A stretch of DNA of 64,000 nucleotides from Octopus bimaculoides. Its lineage: Eukaryota. The notes under the pieces are model-generated. The model was not told the DNA's origin, made no database searches, and was given only the letters and a program-made list of their open reading frames with translations. Location: assembly GCF_001194135.2 (NCBI RefSeq), contig NC_068984.1, positions 85,877,958 to 85,941,957 on the forward strand. Reading direction: 5' to 3'. Position numbers and translations under genes: made by a program. Positions 40,290 through 53,355 of the stretch are shown piece by piece. Numbering within the stretch: the stretch's first letter is position 1; each line of letters opens with the position of its first letter.

Positions 40290-40753
40290 GAAGAAGTGGA
40301 CATACATGTATCTGAATAGCCACACATGTATGCATGTGTATACACATATATGCATGTGTATACACATATATGCATACACACACATCCATATTTATATACA
40401 CACTGAAACTCACACTCAACACATTAAAAGATAAACATTAAGGAGTATTTCCTTTTTGACAACTGTTTCCTCCTCTCTCTTTCACCTAATTACTCATACT
40501 TCTACCATCAGCTTAGCTCTATCTTATACATAAGCCAATATCAGTGTATCTTACACATCCACACATTATGTTTGCATAATTTGAAGGATAGATAATCTTT
40601 TAATCCAGTTCATATGGAGATTTGAGAAAGAGACAAACTGGAAGTGAGCAATAGAAAGAGGGAAAATGAGGGGGCGAGGCAGAGAAAAAATGAGGAGAGG
40701 AGAGATGAAAAGAAAGAAAGAGGGTGCAAAAGTGCTATAGAAAATGAAACTAA

Positions 40754-40789
<36 letters not shown>

Positions 40790-41099
40790 TGTGAAGGATT
40801 TAACACTGTTTTAAGAAAATATCAAATCTGTTAAATAATATTTATTGACTTTTATTACTATTTTGTATTATGTGTTTTGGTATTATTAATGTTTGCTTTG
40901 TTTTTAAATTGATTTACAAAGGTCTGAGATATTTTCAGTAACTACAAAGTAGGTTTATTAGAGTGGAAGAGGAGAAGTAGCTAAATATAGGGGGTTCCTT
41001 GCTGTTTAGTGGCTGCTATTAATCTATTTAGGAAAGAACAGAGACAGAGGAATATACACAGGCTTGAATGGTACCATGGTACATACATATGCATAGACA

Positions 41100-41374
41100 C
41101 AAGGAAATCATAAAAAGACAGACAGACCCCCTTTGACAGTTAGACAGACACAGACGGCAAACAGATACACATACATACACACACAAGATGGTAGACAAAT
41201 AAACACACTCGTGCAATGGTAGACAGACATACATGCCCAAATAGGTGATGGTAAACATACACACATACACACACATAGAGGATAGTACAAATACACACAT
41301 ATACAGGATGGTATGTAGAGACACTCAGAGATGCAGGCCACCCAGTTTGTAGGCAGAGATGAAAACACACAGGA

Positions 41375-41406
<32 letters not shown>

Positions 41407-41650
41407 TATGATAGACAGGCAGATAGACAGGCAGATAGACTGACATATACAAACAGGATAACACATACACAGGATGATAGACAGAAAATAGACAGACACA
41501 CAGATAGGGTGACAGACAGACAGACAGACACTGACAGGATAGACAAACAAATAGACATACACAAACAGGATGATAGATAGATATACACAGTGATAGACAG
41601 ACAGATACAGACAGGATGACAGACAAGGCAAATTCAGACAGGATGATAGG
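41100..41650. repeat. Degenerate (AGAC)/(AGAT) tetranucleotide-derived low-complexity tract
   Basis: Direct reading; it explains the CLSV- and TDRQ-rich ORFs. Confidence 0.85.
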
Positions 41651-41961
41651 CAGAAAAACAAGGAGAAAAAAATCAATAAAACCTAAGTAAAATGTGATTG
41701 TAGAAATGGTAGTTTAAGAAAGAAAAAAAACTTTTTGAACTGTCTTGTTACTGATTAGTAGTAGTAGTTAGTAGTAGTAGTAGTGGTGGTGGTGGTGGTG
41801 GTTCATTATTGTAAAAATAATAGTTGTGATGATGGAGATGGTAGCAATATTTAGTTGAAGTGGAGCCAGTACACTGCAGACAAGGTGGTAGTAGTACTGC
41901 TAACGGTAGTGATAGTAGTAGTAGTAGTAGTAGGGTGATGATACTTGTATTACTACAAGTA

Positions 41962-42290
41962 CAGGGTGGTCACTGAAAAACTGAAGGGTTTGAAAAAGTC
42001 ATAACTTGTTTGTTTTCAATCTTTTTTACTTTTGTTGTTTTTTACAGGTTACAGAGCATCTCTTGGAGATTAAAATGGCTATGTATGATGTCCAGCAACA
42101 AGTAAAACTTATTGAGTTTTTCTATTCCAGTGAAAAATACCCAGAGAAAATACCAGCAACATTTTACTGTCAGAATATCTGACAGTCGAGATGCCTTAAG
42201 AAACCCAGACATGCTTTCACAGTGCACTGAAAGCAAAGGACACTGTGTGTGGAACAGTGAGACTTTTGTTTACAATAAGCAAGTATGTGT
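41962..42290 (+). mobile_element. Tc1/mariner 5' remnant (DUF4817-like HTH N-terminus)
   Basis: TA|CAGGGTGGTCACTG terminus; QQQVKLIEFFYSSE and QRKYQQHFTVR.SDSRDAL resemble the N-terminus of this transposase group; frameshifted. Confidence 0.65.
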
Positions 42291-42464
42291 GAACAGAAAA
42301 GGAAATACAAACTCACTCAAATACACATACATGTAGATATATATATATATANNNNNNNNNNNNNNNNNNNNNNNNNNNNNNNNNNNNNNNNNNNNNNNNN
42401 NNNNNNNNNNNNNNNNNNNNNNNNNNNNNNNNNNNNNNNNNNNNNNNNNNNNNNNNNNNNNNNN

Positions 42465-42517
<53 letters not shown>

Positions 42518-43473
42518 TTTCTTCAGCTTCCATCTACCAGTATTACACACAAGATATTGGGTAACCTGTGGCTACTGTACAGGACACAAGTGGACAATAT
42601 CCATGCAGTGCGATCAAGCAAAGCCTTAACTACATGTTTTCAAAATGAACTTCTAAACCATACCACAATGCCTGCACTTACAACCATGTGCAACACAAAT
42701 TACAGGTCAAAATCTCAAGGGTTCAAATCCCCTGAGGAACTAAAGAACATTTTTTAGTAGGGTATTGACTGTGTATGTTTCTGTATCACTGAGTATGAAA
42801 TAAGTACATATATATGTGCATGTATGTTTTCATGAGTTTAATGGGTGCTATTAAGTGTATAAATTCATAAATTTTCAGAAGTGTATGTATGTGTACATGT
42901 GTATGTGCGTCTATGAAATGTATACACATGAATGAGTGCAATATATGAAAGCTTGGGTCATATGATGAAAGTCAGTCTACAGAGTCGGGGAAAGAACAAA
43001 AACATACTTCTCTGTGCTATAAATAAACCTGTCTGTAAGTGTGTGTGTATGCATGTGTTTATGCAGAAGTGCTAGATATCAGTGCATTGCCCTTGTCAAC
43101 AATGTAATGAGGATGGCATATCTAGAACACTCAAACTAAAAATAAAATGAATACTCATCCACTCTAACTGCAAAATGGATTGGGGTTAAGACTGGAACTG
43201 AGGTTGAGGTAAGATCAGGAGTAAGCTTACAAGCCAAAGAGAATAACAGGATATAGAAACAGAGGATGATAAGGGCTAAGACAAGATAGATAGATAGTAG
43301 TAGAGAGTAAGACTGAGATAGAGATGGAGAGACTAAGCAAGCAGTAGTAGGGACTAAAAAGGAGAGGGAGTGAAATAAAGAGTGAGGTCAAATTATTTTC
43401 AATTTATCCATGTGTGCTTTATTTTTTTCCAGTCTTTCCTCCATATTCAGTACCCATGTTTTACTATCATACA

Positions 43474-43862
43474 TTGTTGTTGTTGGCACTTCGTCGCTTA
43501 CGACGTCGAGGGTTCCAGTTGATCCGATCAACGGAACAGCTTGCTCGTGAAATTAACGTGCGAGTGGCTGAGCACTCCACAGACACGTGTACCCTTAACG
43601 TAGTTCTCAGGGATATTCAGCGAGACACAGTGTGACAAGGCTGACCCTTTGAATTACAGGCACAACAGAAACAGGAAGTAAGAGTGAGAGAAAGTTGTGA
43701 TGAAAGAGTACAGCAGGGTTCGCCACTATCCCCTGCCGGAGCCTCGTAGAGCTTTAGGTGTTTTCGCTCAATTAACACTCACAACGCCCGGTCTAGGAAT
43801 CGAAACCGCAATCCTATGACCACGAGCCCGCTGCCCTAACCACTGGGCCATTGCGCCTCCAC
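43474..43862 (-). mobile_element. tRNA-derived SINE family C, full length, flanked by a 142-bp direct repeat
   Basis: Head GTGGAGGCGCAATGGCCCAGTGG at 43862 and (CAA)n tail at 43474; flanks 43332-43473 and 43861-44002 are duplicates. Confidence 0.92.
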
Positions 43863-43949
43863 TAAGCAAGCAGTAGTAGGGACTAAAAAGGAGAGGGAGT
43901 GAAATAAAGAGTGAGGTCGAATTATTTTCAATTTATCCAAGTATGCTTT

Positions 43950-45900
43950 ATTTTTTTCCAGCCTTTCATCCATATTCAGTACCCATGTTTTACTATCATA
44001 CAACACTGTACCCAATACACAAGCATGTTACAAATCTGCCATTCATTTGGAGAGAGATTACTTATGCTACCAGCAGATATAATAAACTACCTGAGCTTTT
44101 TCCAATCCATTCTTATGCTCACTATTATGCATTCACACCTCCTCCCTCCACAGCTAATTAGGTCACCAAAGTAACTGAAAATATAAATTACTTCTGAAGA
44201 ATTTTCAAACATTAAAAAGAATATATTTCATGGGTGCTCTTACTGCTCACTACCTACTCCTGCACATTTGTTACATAATCTTTCTTCTCTTTCAGCCTAC
44301 CTATGACAGTACAGCAATTCTTTGGGTATTCCAAAGGATTTCTTACCTAATATTTTTCTGCATACATAACCACCTCTTTCATGTCATTAGATTTTTTATT
44401 TTCTTTCCCGCTAGCTAAGGCTTTCTTCTTTGCTAGGTTTCCTTTGAAGCCTCTCAATTCATGACTTTCCTTTCACATTTGGAATTTCTTCTCCAAATCT
44501 TTTGGCAGATTCAACATACAGTTCTCATGGACAACCAGTCTTAAACTCTACTTTTATGGCTTGGAATATAATAATAAACAGGAGGGGTTGAGAAACAAGC
44601 CTCTGATGGATACTAAATTTCTTGCTGAACTCACTGCTAACTCATCTTGCTTCTCAGCACGATTTGCGTATCTCTCACAAACCATTCTTCTACACCTAGT
44701 TTTCTTGGCAACCATCAAATTACAGAACATGATACCCAGTCAAAGGGCTTCTGTAAGAAGGCCAGGTGTAGTGATATGCTCTTAGCCAAGAACATCTCCT
44801 GCAGTTGTCACACTCTCTAAGAGACATCAGTAGTATACCATCTTATTCTCATCATCCTTTAATGTTCATTTTCCATGCTGGCAAGCTGGAGAGCTGCACT
44901 AAATTCATTTGATTTGGTATGGTTTTTACAGCTGGATGCCCTTACTAATGCCAACCACTTTACAGAGTGTCCTGTCAACTTTTACATGGTACCACATGAG
45001 CACTTTTACATGATACCAGCAGAGGACTCTTGTAAGTCAATCCTCTTCACCATGGGGAGTGGCCTTAACACTTCTGCAGTGGAGTACAGGTCTTCTTGAG
45101 CACATCAAAGCACCAGGTATTTCAGTCCTTTGTCATCTCATCTGAAAGTTTCAGTGTCCTGAGGTCATCCTTCAGTACTGTCCTATGTCTTCTTAGGTCT
45201 CCCTCTTCCAAGTATTCCATCTACTTATATCTCATCCAAACTGGTGCTCTACCTTATTAGTTGTGATATAAACTTCATCAGATGTCTTTGTGATTCTTCT
45301 TTCAAAAGCATCACTTTTACTCTTGTAGTTGAAGATACTACTATGCTCATCAGAGTGTATTTTATTATCTTTTAGTCAGGAGAGCAGTACCCGTGGCCAT
45401 TTACAAGGCCTCCAAGACTGATAGGAACAAGGGAAGAAGGCATCTCCCAAATTGGCCACATGCCCAAATGCTTACAACAGAATGTTCATTGTTAAAGGCA
45501 TCCAAAATATCAAGTGGTGGGGGAGGTTAAACTTGATTAAGCTTACCACCTCTCTGTACTATCTGATTGACTATGTAAGGCAAGCCCTGTTTTGCCAAAT
45601 ATTTTCAACATTTTGACAACAATCTCCGATGCTGCTCCTGCCTTCATATTTTTATCATACTTTCAACCATATAACTGTCAACATCAATAACTAGTTCTCC
45701 TGTAGAGTTTGCTTGCAGTAGGACCTCTTTCTTCTACACATTATCCACTTTCAGCAATCTCTCATAGCATTTCTATGTCTCCTACATTTCAACATCAGAG
45801 AGGATAAGTATACCACTATTATTCTGCATACTCTTTTCCTACAAAGCTTGATTAAACTTGATATACTGCTTTGCAATCTAGAATACTTCATGTATCTGAC
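43950..45900 (-). mobile_element. Old, fragmented RTE LINE RT remnant with an inserted RTE tail at ~44850-45110
   Basis: Minus translations include HQRLVSQPLLFIIIFQA..EFKTGCP*ELY (cf. GVHQGSVLSPLLF...GCPWELLYADD) and GAASEIVVKMLK. Confidence 0.65.
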
Positions 45901-46531
45901 TCTCATATCACAGAACAATGACTAATCTTTTACTGTTAGCTTCTCACCAAACTATGTATAAATGATTAACCCTCCTTTGTGTGCTGAAGGAAGAGTACAC
46001 TGTGAATGATCCCCTGAAACCCTCTGAGGGAGGGAGAAAAGAATGAACACCAGTATTTGACTTCTGCTTTATCGACTTTCAACAGAAGGAAGGCAAAGTT
46101 GACTGTAGCAGGATTTGAACTCTGATCACAAAGAGTAAGAACAACACATTGCATTTATTAGATGTTATGTTCTAACAACTGTACCAAGTAATTGCCTGAG
46201 AGAGAGAGATAGTTGTATGTTTATATGAGTGAAATAGTGTGAAGTGGCATAGGATGTTAATAACAAAGAGGAAGTAAAACAAATTTGTCAAAAAAAAAAC
46301 AGGCCAAATGAGACTAAATCATGACTAATGCTTTGTAAACTACTCGTTCATCTTTTCTGTTCCTCTATCCTATTGTATCATTCATATTCACCTTTGTACC
46401 TCATGTTTCTCTCTATTTCCAAATGAACAAACCATGTACTCACTTCTTCAACAAGATACCTGTTCCTCCATCTTACTTTCTTATCCCTCAATACTATACC
46501 TCACTCAGATGATGGGCTCCTGTCTTGCATA

Positions 46532-47343
46532 TACTTGATGACCTCACCAATGCTAGTATCTCAAAAAAGCACCCAGTATACATAGTGAAGTGCATGGCAT
46601 TTGGAAAGGCATCCAGCTATAGAAACCATGCCAAGGCAGACATTGCAGCTCAATGCAGCCATCTGGCTCTCTGTTCAAGTCAAATTATCCAATACCATCC
46701 AACCCATGCCAGTATGCAAAAAGGGATTTTGTGTATACAGCCTCTATATACAGGATACTTTTGGATCTGCAAATCATGTCAGTATGTAGCCATTTCTGCC
46801 AGTTTTGATTCTTTAAATCAGAGATTGTAAGTGGGTGCATATATTGTATGTGTACACACAGACATGCATGTGTGTGTGTACATACATAAATATTAAGGAA
46901 CAAATCCATAAGGTCACATTAACAAGTACATATTATAGCAATATATATATATTATATTACAAAAATCGCAGGTACTTGATGACCTCACCAATGCTAGTGT
47001 CTCAAAAAAGCACCCAGTATACATAGTGAAGTGCATGGCATTAGGAAAAGCATCCAGCTATAGAAACCATGCCAAGACAGACATTGCAGCTCAATGCAGT
47101 CACCTGGCTCTCTGTTTAAGTCAAATCTTGCTCCCCTTTTTCCTTTCCAGTCTTGCAAGTTACTTGGCAACCCCACTAGTGCTGATGGCAATTTAAAAAA
47201 ATCAAATACACACAGTAAAATGGTTGGCGTTAAAAAAACATGCCAAAGCTGACATGGAGCACGACGCAGCTCTGTGACACACTGGATCCTGTCAAACCGC
47301 CGAACCTATGCCAGCATGGAAAACAGACGTTAAATGATGATGG
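46532..47343 (+). mobile_element. Cluster of three RTE-tail fragments; the first two share a ~155-bp duplication
   Basis: 46532-46686 and 46973-47126 are nearly identical; the third tail ends GGAAAACAGACGTTAAATGATGATG at ~47343. Confidence 0.8.
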
Positions 47344-47399
47344 CACATACATAACTTTAATTCACAACAGAATATATGAGCACGAAGCAACAAGGCGCC

Positions 47400-47908
47400 C
47401 CCTCTACGTGATCTCCAGATTTACTAGAAATAGCAGCTAAATTTTCTTCAAATTGTACTGTCTTAAAAATGGGATGTATACACTGGATGTCTTCCAATAT
47501 ACACGAAACCTAAAAAGACGAGGTTATAACGATTGAAAAAGTATGTGAAGTTTATGAGCGCGTAGACATTTCTATCCAGCCATATGTATGACAAGCTAAA
47601 AAAAAAAAAACTGCGGACGCTGATGGACAGCCGTTACCGGAATCTTGTTCAAGAGCTCTATGAAGAGATACAGCTAAACACCAGCCCTGCTTCTTGCACA
47701 TAACGAAAACGGAAGGAAGAAAGAACACAAAAAAATAGCTATATTCATATATTTTTTATCAAGTGTTTATCCGTTACAAGCAAGCCATTCCATCAGGCGA
47801 CAAAAACAAGTTGAATTTTTATTTATTTTATGCCTGAAAGTTCGCATGTAGCGATAAACGAATAGCGAAGGCGAAATCACACACAGACATACACATATTT
47901 ATATACCA

Positions 47909-47943
<35 letters not shown>

Positions 47944-48496
47944 TCGTGTGTGTGTGTGTGTGTGTGTTATAAAGTAACACATTTTGTCTTTGGGGTTATT
48001 TATTTGGCATTTTACTGTCTGCCTTAGTTCCAAAGGTCTACTAAAAATTAGACTTGAGATTACTACGAATTTGATCCTACGCATGACAGAAACTACCTCC
48101 TACCTATACAACATAAGTAGAGAGAGGGGGAGAAACGACATTTTTCATCGTCTCTAACGATGGTAACAGTAGATGACTGTGCGTGATGTGACATTTATAC
48201 GTTTGTGAGTTAAAACGTGAGACAAGAAAATATTGTGCATAGGTGACACGATCTCAAGCAATGTGACATGGGAAAGAAATAGCATGGATGTGTGTATGAC
48301 TCCACAGCGTGTAGGATAGACAGTGGGGGTCACAACAGTGTATATATGTGTCGTTTTGATATCTCATAATGTGACACGAAAAAGCGAGAGTGTATACGAC
48401 TTGCCGGTGTGTAAATTAGAGACAGGCATAACAGTGTGTTTTGACCGATGTAACATGGGGAAAAGAGATAGTGAGAGTATGTATATAAACTATAAT

Positions 48497-48548
<52 letters not shown>

Positions 48549-49100
48549 GGGAGGGAGAGAGAGAGAGAAAGGGAGGGAGAGAGAGAAAGGGAGGGAGGGA
48601 GAGAGANNNNNNNNNNNNNNNNNNNNNNNNNNNNNNNNNNNNNNNNNNNNNNNNNNNNNNNNNNNNNNNNNNNNNNNNNNNNNNNNNNNNNNNNNNNNNN
48701 NNNNNNNNNNNNNNNNNNNNNNNNNNNNNNNNNNNNNAGAGAGAGAGAAAGGGAGGGAGGGAGAGAGAGAGAAAGGGAGGGAGGGAGAGAGAGAGAAAGG
48801 GAGGGAAAGATGCATGACAGTAATTTGTTAAAGATGTGACTTGAGAAAAAAATAGCAAGTGGGTGAATATGTGTGTGTGTGTAAAATACGAACGGCAGAG
48901 GAATGTAAAGATCGCTCGCTCACTCTCTGACAATGTGATGTGACAGTAGAACAAAAGAAAAGAAAGACAAGGGAGCGATGATATTCAAACAGAAAACTTA
49001 GGAGAAATGAAAAGAACGTGTAATATGTGTACGGAGGAGGGTCTATAAATCGGCACACATATACTTATGATGGCATTAATGAGAGACAAGGGCTGAACGA
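47400..49100. promoter_or_regulatory. CpG-retaining, promoter-like unique sequence at the methylation-footprint boundary
   Basis: CG dinucleotides rise abruptly from ~47.3 kb; few TEs; GTGAC motif cluster; candidate minus-strand donor CCG|GTAACG near 47635. No TSS identified. Confidence 0.3.
48500..48810. repeat. (GA)n / GAGAGAGAAAGGGAGG purine tract with an N-gap
   Basis: Direct reading. Confidence 0.92.
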
Positions 49101-50349
49101 ACAATAGTCTGTCTCAACCACTCAACAGTCTCTCCATGATTTATAGAGTTGTGTGTGTGTGTGTGTGCCAGAGGAATCGTGAAGCATTGCGGTACAAATA
49201 ATAACAATAATAATTGTTTCTAATTTAGGCACTAAGCTAGCAATTCTGGGGAGAGGACTTGTTAACATCGACCCCACCGATCCCGAAAAGGATGAAAAGC
49301 AAAGTTCACCGCGAATAATAATCTTTTGTGTCATCATAAAAATATTACAATTGATATGAAGAAGAATAAATAGTACTGTGATATTCGTGCCTTCACCAAA
49401 AGTCAGCGAACCGGTTCCAACAGATAATACAATACACGAACATTAAAACTGAATAATATACATTTGTAGGCGCGTATATACGCACGCACAGTCACAAACA
49501 CGCCAAAGCTTTATATTATTGCAACCACTCTTATCTTTTAAGCATTCTCTTGTCAAATGCAGATGGTGGGGTGCACATTTTGAGACCCATGCAACAAAAG
49601 ACTAGCCCCTTTCCTCCATCCCAGGCTTGCATAAGATACCCCTACTCCCATTCCTGCATTATTTGTTATTAAGTTTCGGTTAAATCATACAGGCAACTGA
49701 ATTCACGACCTCAGTGCCACCCCATCACTATTTTATCAATTCTCAAAAAGTAGAGAACTGAGAATTATGCAGTCGAGTAAATTAGAACTCCAGAACATCG
49801 AGATATGAAACTAAGTTAGTGTAAAACCATTTGACAAAATTTGTGTACAAAGACGTAGGTTTCGGATTCGATCCGTCTTCGCGGCATCTTAGGCAAGTGT
49901 GTTCTACGGTAAAAACGACATGCCCAGATGCGTATTCGTTAAGTAAAACGTAACCGTTCGGTAGAGATTAATAAAATACAGTACCAGATTGAAACAAATA
50001 CAGGGAGTTCAGGTGAATGACTAAAACACTTGAAGGCAATGGTGCCCCAGCATGACCAGACTAATGAGTGAAACCAGTAAAAGAATGTAAAGATGTAGGT
50101 TGAATATGTTGCTTGTTTAACGTTTACTGACAGTCTGGTACGTACATGTATATACACATATCCCTGTCATGTATACATGTCTATGTATGTTATCACTGTC
50201 ACGGGTGCGTTTCTTCAGTTATGTCTCACAGTCATGTGTCTCTGACATAATATGGCAACTCAGCTTCTTCATCTTCCAGCTATCATTTATTTTGAATCAT
50301 CTTCATCGTTTCTCTAAGCTCTTCACACGACATGACATTCACAACAGGA

Positions 50350-50785
50350 AAACTTTCTATGCAATCGATGAAGAGACCCCTCAAACTAGAAATCGTCCCT
50401 CTCCACCAAATCACATAGTACCGCTATTAATAATAAAAATAAATTAAATAATGTTGTCCTACACACGAGATGGTCACGACTGGCATCTTTTTAGATAATG
50501 ATCTTGCTTGATCAGGATTAACCTAGTAGTACTAAAAAAAAACTACAACAGTGAAACTAACAACACGAAAACGACGGAGCCTCTACACGGTCGCTCCACC
50601 GGTTAGAAATGGTAGCCAAATCTCACTCAAATCAGACCTCACTCTCTTAAATAGAGAATTTATTGGATAATATAGTCACCGATATAAAATAAAATAAGAA
50701 AGATATGAGATGATCCCGGGGCGAACGCCTTTCACTAGAAATGTGTTCGATGAGGGCTAACCTGGAACTAATATCAACAAAAAAG
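50350..50785 (+). repeat. Tandem pair of family E repeats
   Basis: TAGAAAT.G...CCAAATC.CA...GA(G)ATGGTC...TGATC/GATGAGGGCTAACCTGGAACTAA motifs occur twice. Confidence 0.6.
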
Positions 50786-50825
50786 GTATAGGTATGTCTG
50801 TATTTTCTTTAGACATCAGACTAAA

Positions 50826-50874
<49 letters not shown>

Positions 50875-50959
50875 NNNNNNNNNNNNNNNNNNNNNNNNNN
50901 NNNNNNNNNNNNNNNNNNNNNNNNNNNNNNNNNNNNNNNNNNNNNNNNNNNNNNNNNNN

Positions 50960-50998
<39 letters not shown>

Positions 50999-51156
50999 AT
51001 GGATGTATAACAGAGTCATAACTTGATAACTTGTCTGAAGACCCCATGCATCCACAGGCGAAACACTCAGAGTAACACGAGATTGACTCGGCCAAAATAT
51101 TAACCTCAACTATGGTATTGAGTACATTTCTCTGACAGTCAGCACTAAACACGTAC

Positions 51157-51193
<37 letters not shown>

Positions 51194-51343
51194 TGTGTGT
51201 CGTCACAACATACAAAATAATTCATGTTGGTTATTTCAATACATAATAATAATATAATATACATAAAATATTGTGTATGCGTATATGTATGTATATATCA
51301 TGTAGACAGATAACAACAGCGAGTTACGAGAAAATAGGATGGC

Positions 51344-51403
<60 letters not shown>

Positions 51404-52202
51404 GTATGTATCTATGTCAGTGAGATACCGACAAAAGACATGGGTAGCTTGGTGTAGGAAAGACAAGATATACGAAATAGATCTTCATGTTGTTCATTGC
51501 CATGACTGTCATTATTATTCTTGTAACTATTTGCTGCCAGTTCTCTTTGTAACATATTTTGTACTGTCATATTTCCGTTTCCATAAACAATTTATGATGT
51601 ACATGTATATCTATTAGATATGTCTATGTTTTCGTATGCAATAGTTTGTTTCAAGACAAGAGCGCTTACCTTCGTCGCAACTTTGCCATGGTGGTAACAG
51701 CCTCGTTTTCATTTACACCTCCACACTTCACCTTTGACCCCAATTTCCTTCAGCAGCATTTCAGAAACAGACGTCTTTATTTTATGATTCCTATTTGATT
51801 TTCTTTCCTGTTTTCAGCTCGAAGCGATCTTGGTGATTTAGGAGTATGTACATATAAAACCATTAATGAAAGCAAAAGAATCCGGGAAAATACAAAAATA
51901 ACTTGGGTTTCCCTAGTAAACGAAACGAATACGTAAATTCCTAAAAGTTGTTTAAGGCATCACATGTAAATACATCAGTTTAACATTGTCTTTGATAAAA
52001 TCTTTTCAAATTTATTTTTATAACATTTTACAGATGTTTCCAGTTACATTATAATGATAATAATAATTATTATTATTGTTCTTCTTTTTGTTTTTGTCGT
52101 TCTGAGGTTAGTTTATTTTTCTGCTAATCTTTTCTGATAAAACTGTTTACAACTCAACCTGTAAGGAATTAATACAGTACGATTATTATTTTACTAGCAT
52201 GA

Positions 52203-52400
52203 GGCGGTGAGCTGGCAGAATCGTTTGCACGCCGATCAAAATGCTTAGCGGCATTTCGTCCATTCTTAGTTCTGAGTTGAAATTCCGCCGAGATTGACTT
52301 TGCTTTTCATCTTTTCGAAGTCGATAAAATAAGTATCGGTTAAACACGGGGACGATATAATCGACTTATCATCCCCTCTCCCGAAATTACTGACCTTGTG
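52203..52400 (+). mobile_element. SINE B, CpG-retaining
   Basis: GGCGGTGAGCTGGCAGAATCGTTTGCACGCCG...AAATTCCGCCGAG...GTCGATAAAATAAGTATCGG. Confidence 0.85.
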
Positions 52401-52589
52401 AAATCATTATTTTACTAGCATACCCATGTCATCAAAAACGCCGACAGTTTTATTAATGATAGATAATGACATATCAAAACAATAGGAGAAACCATTGTTA
52501 AATGTCAGCAATCGAGTAAATATATGTATATACACAGAAATGAAGCACTTGAAAAATTAGATACGATCATAACGTCTCGGTTGAAAATA

Positions 52590-53355
52590 TAACTGTTCAG
52601 GGAGCTATTACCTCTGTTAGTAACGAAGAGCCTCTCCCTCAGAGTGAAATGCAGATTGTATGGTACCTGTGAACGAACATCTATGCTACATGCTAGTGAA
52701 TCATGGGTTGTGACTGCTGAGGAAAGGCAAAGACTTGAAAGAAATGAAGCCAATATGCTCTGCTGAATGGGTAATGTCAGTGTGCATAGACAACAGTGTT
52801 AGTAATTTGAGAGAAAAACGGGTATAAGGGGCATCAGATGTAGTTTGTAAGACAGACGACTGTGCTGGTATGGTCATGTAATGTGTATGAATGAAGACAG
52901 TTGCATCAAGAAGTCCTGAGCTCTAATTATGGGGAGAATATGTGGAAGGGGTAGTCCCAGGAAGAAGTGGGAATAAGTAGTGAGAAAGGACCTTCAGATG
53001 TTGGGCCTTGCTGAGGGGATGACGGGACCAGTTTGCTATGCTTAAGAAAACACATCAAGTTAAGTAAAATACATGGTCGTCCTTGCATAAAGCATACCCC
53101 CTACATCCCTCTTCAGTTGAGCATTCCTACTTTTGCAGGCGCCATATAAAAAGCACCTGTGTCAGTGCCACATAATAGCACCCATGCTGGTACTGCATGA
53201 AGGCACCTAGTACACTCTATAAAGTGGTTAGCATTAGGAAGGGCATCCAGCCATAGAAACCATGCCAAAACAGACATGGAGCCCAGGCAGCTCTCCAACT
53301 GTCAATCCATCCCACCTATGCCAGCAAGGAAAACAGATGTTAAATCATGATGATG
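52590..53355 (+). mobile_element. 5'-truncated RTE LINE (ORF C-terminus plus 3' tail)
   Basis: LFRELLPLLVTKSLSLRVKCRLYGTCERTSMLHASESWVVTAEERQRLERNEANML; tail GGAAAACAGATGTTAAATCATGATGAT. Confidence 0.88.

Noticed and set aside
41028-41676. Cys/Leu/Ser/Val-rich ORFs of 172-178 aa
   Set aside because: They are products of (AGAC)n-derived low-complexity sequence.
43780-43862. tRNA-like sequences (also 32380-32460, 22865-22940 and 16678-16750)
   Set aside because: They are SINE heads continuing into shared bodies and tails, with no complete cloverleaf or terminator.
48089-48118. let-7-like words (GAGGTAG, TTGTATAG) on the minus strand
   Set aside because: The order is scrambled relative to mature let-7 and there is no precursor hairpin.
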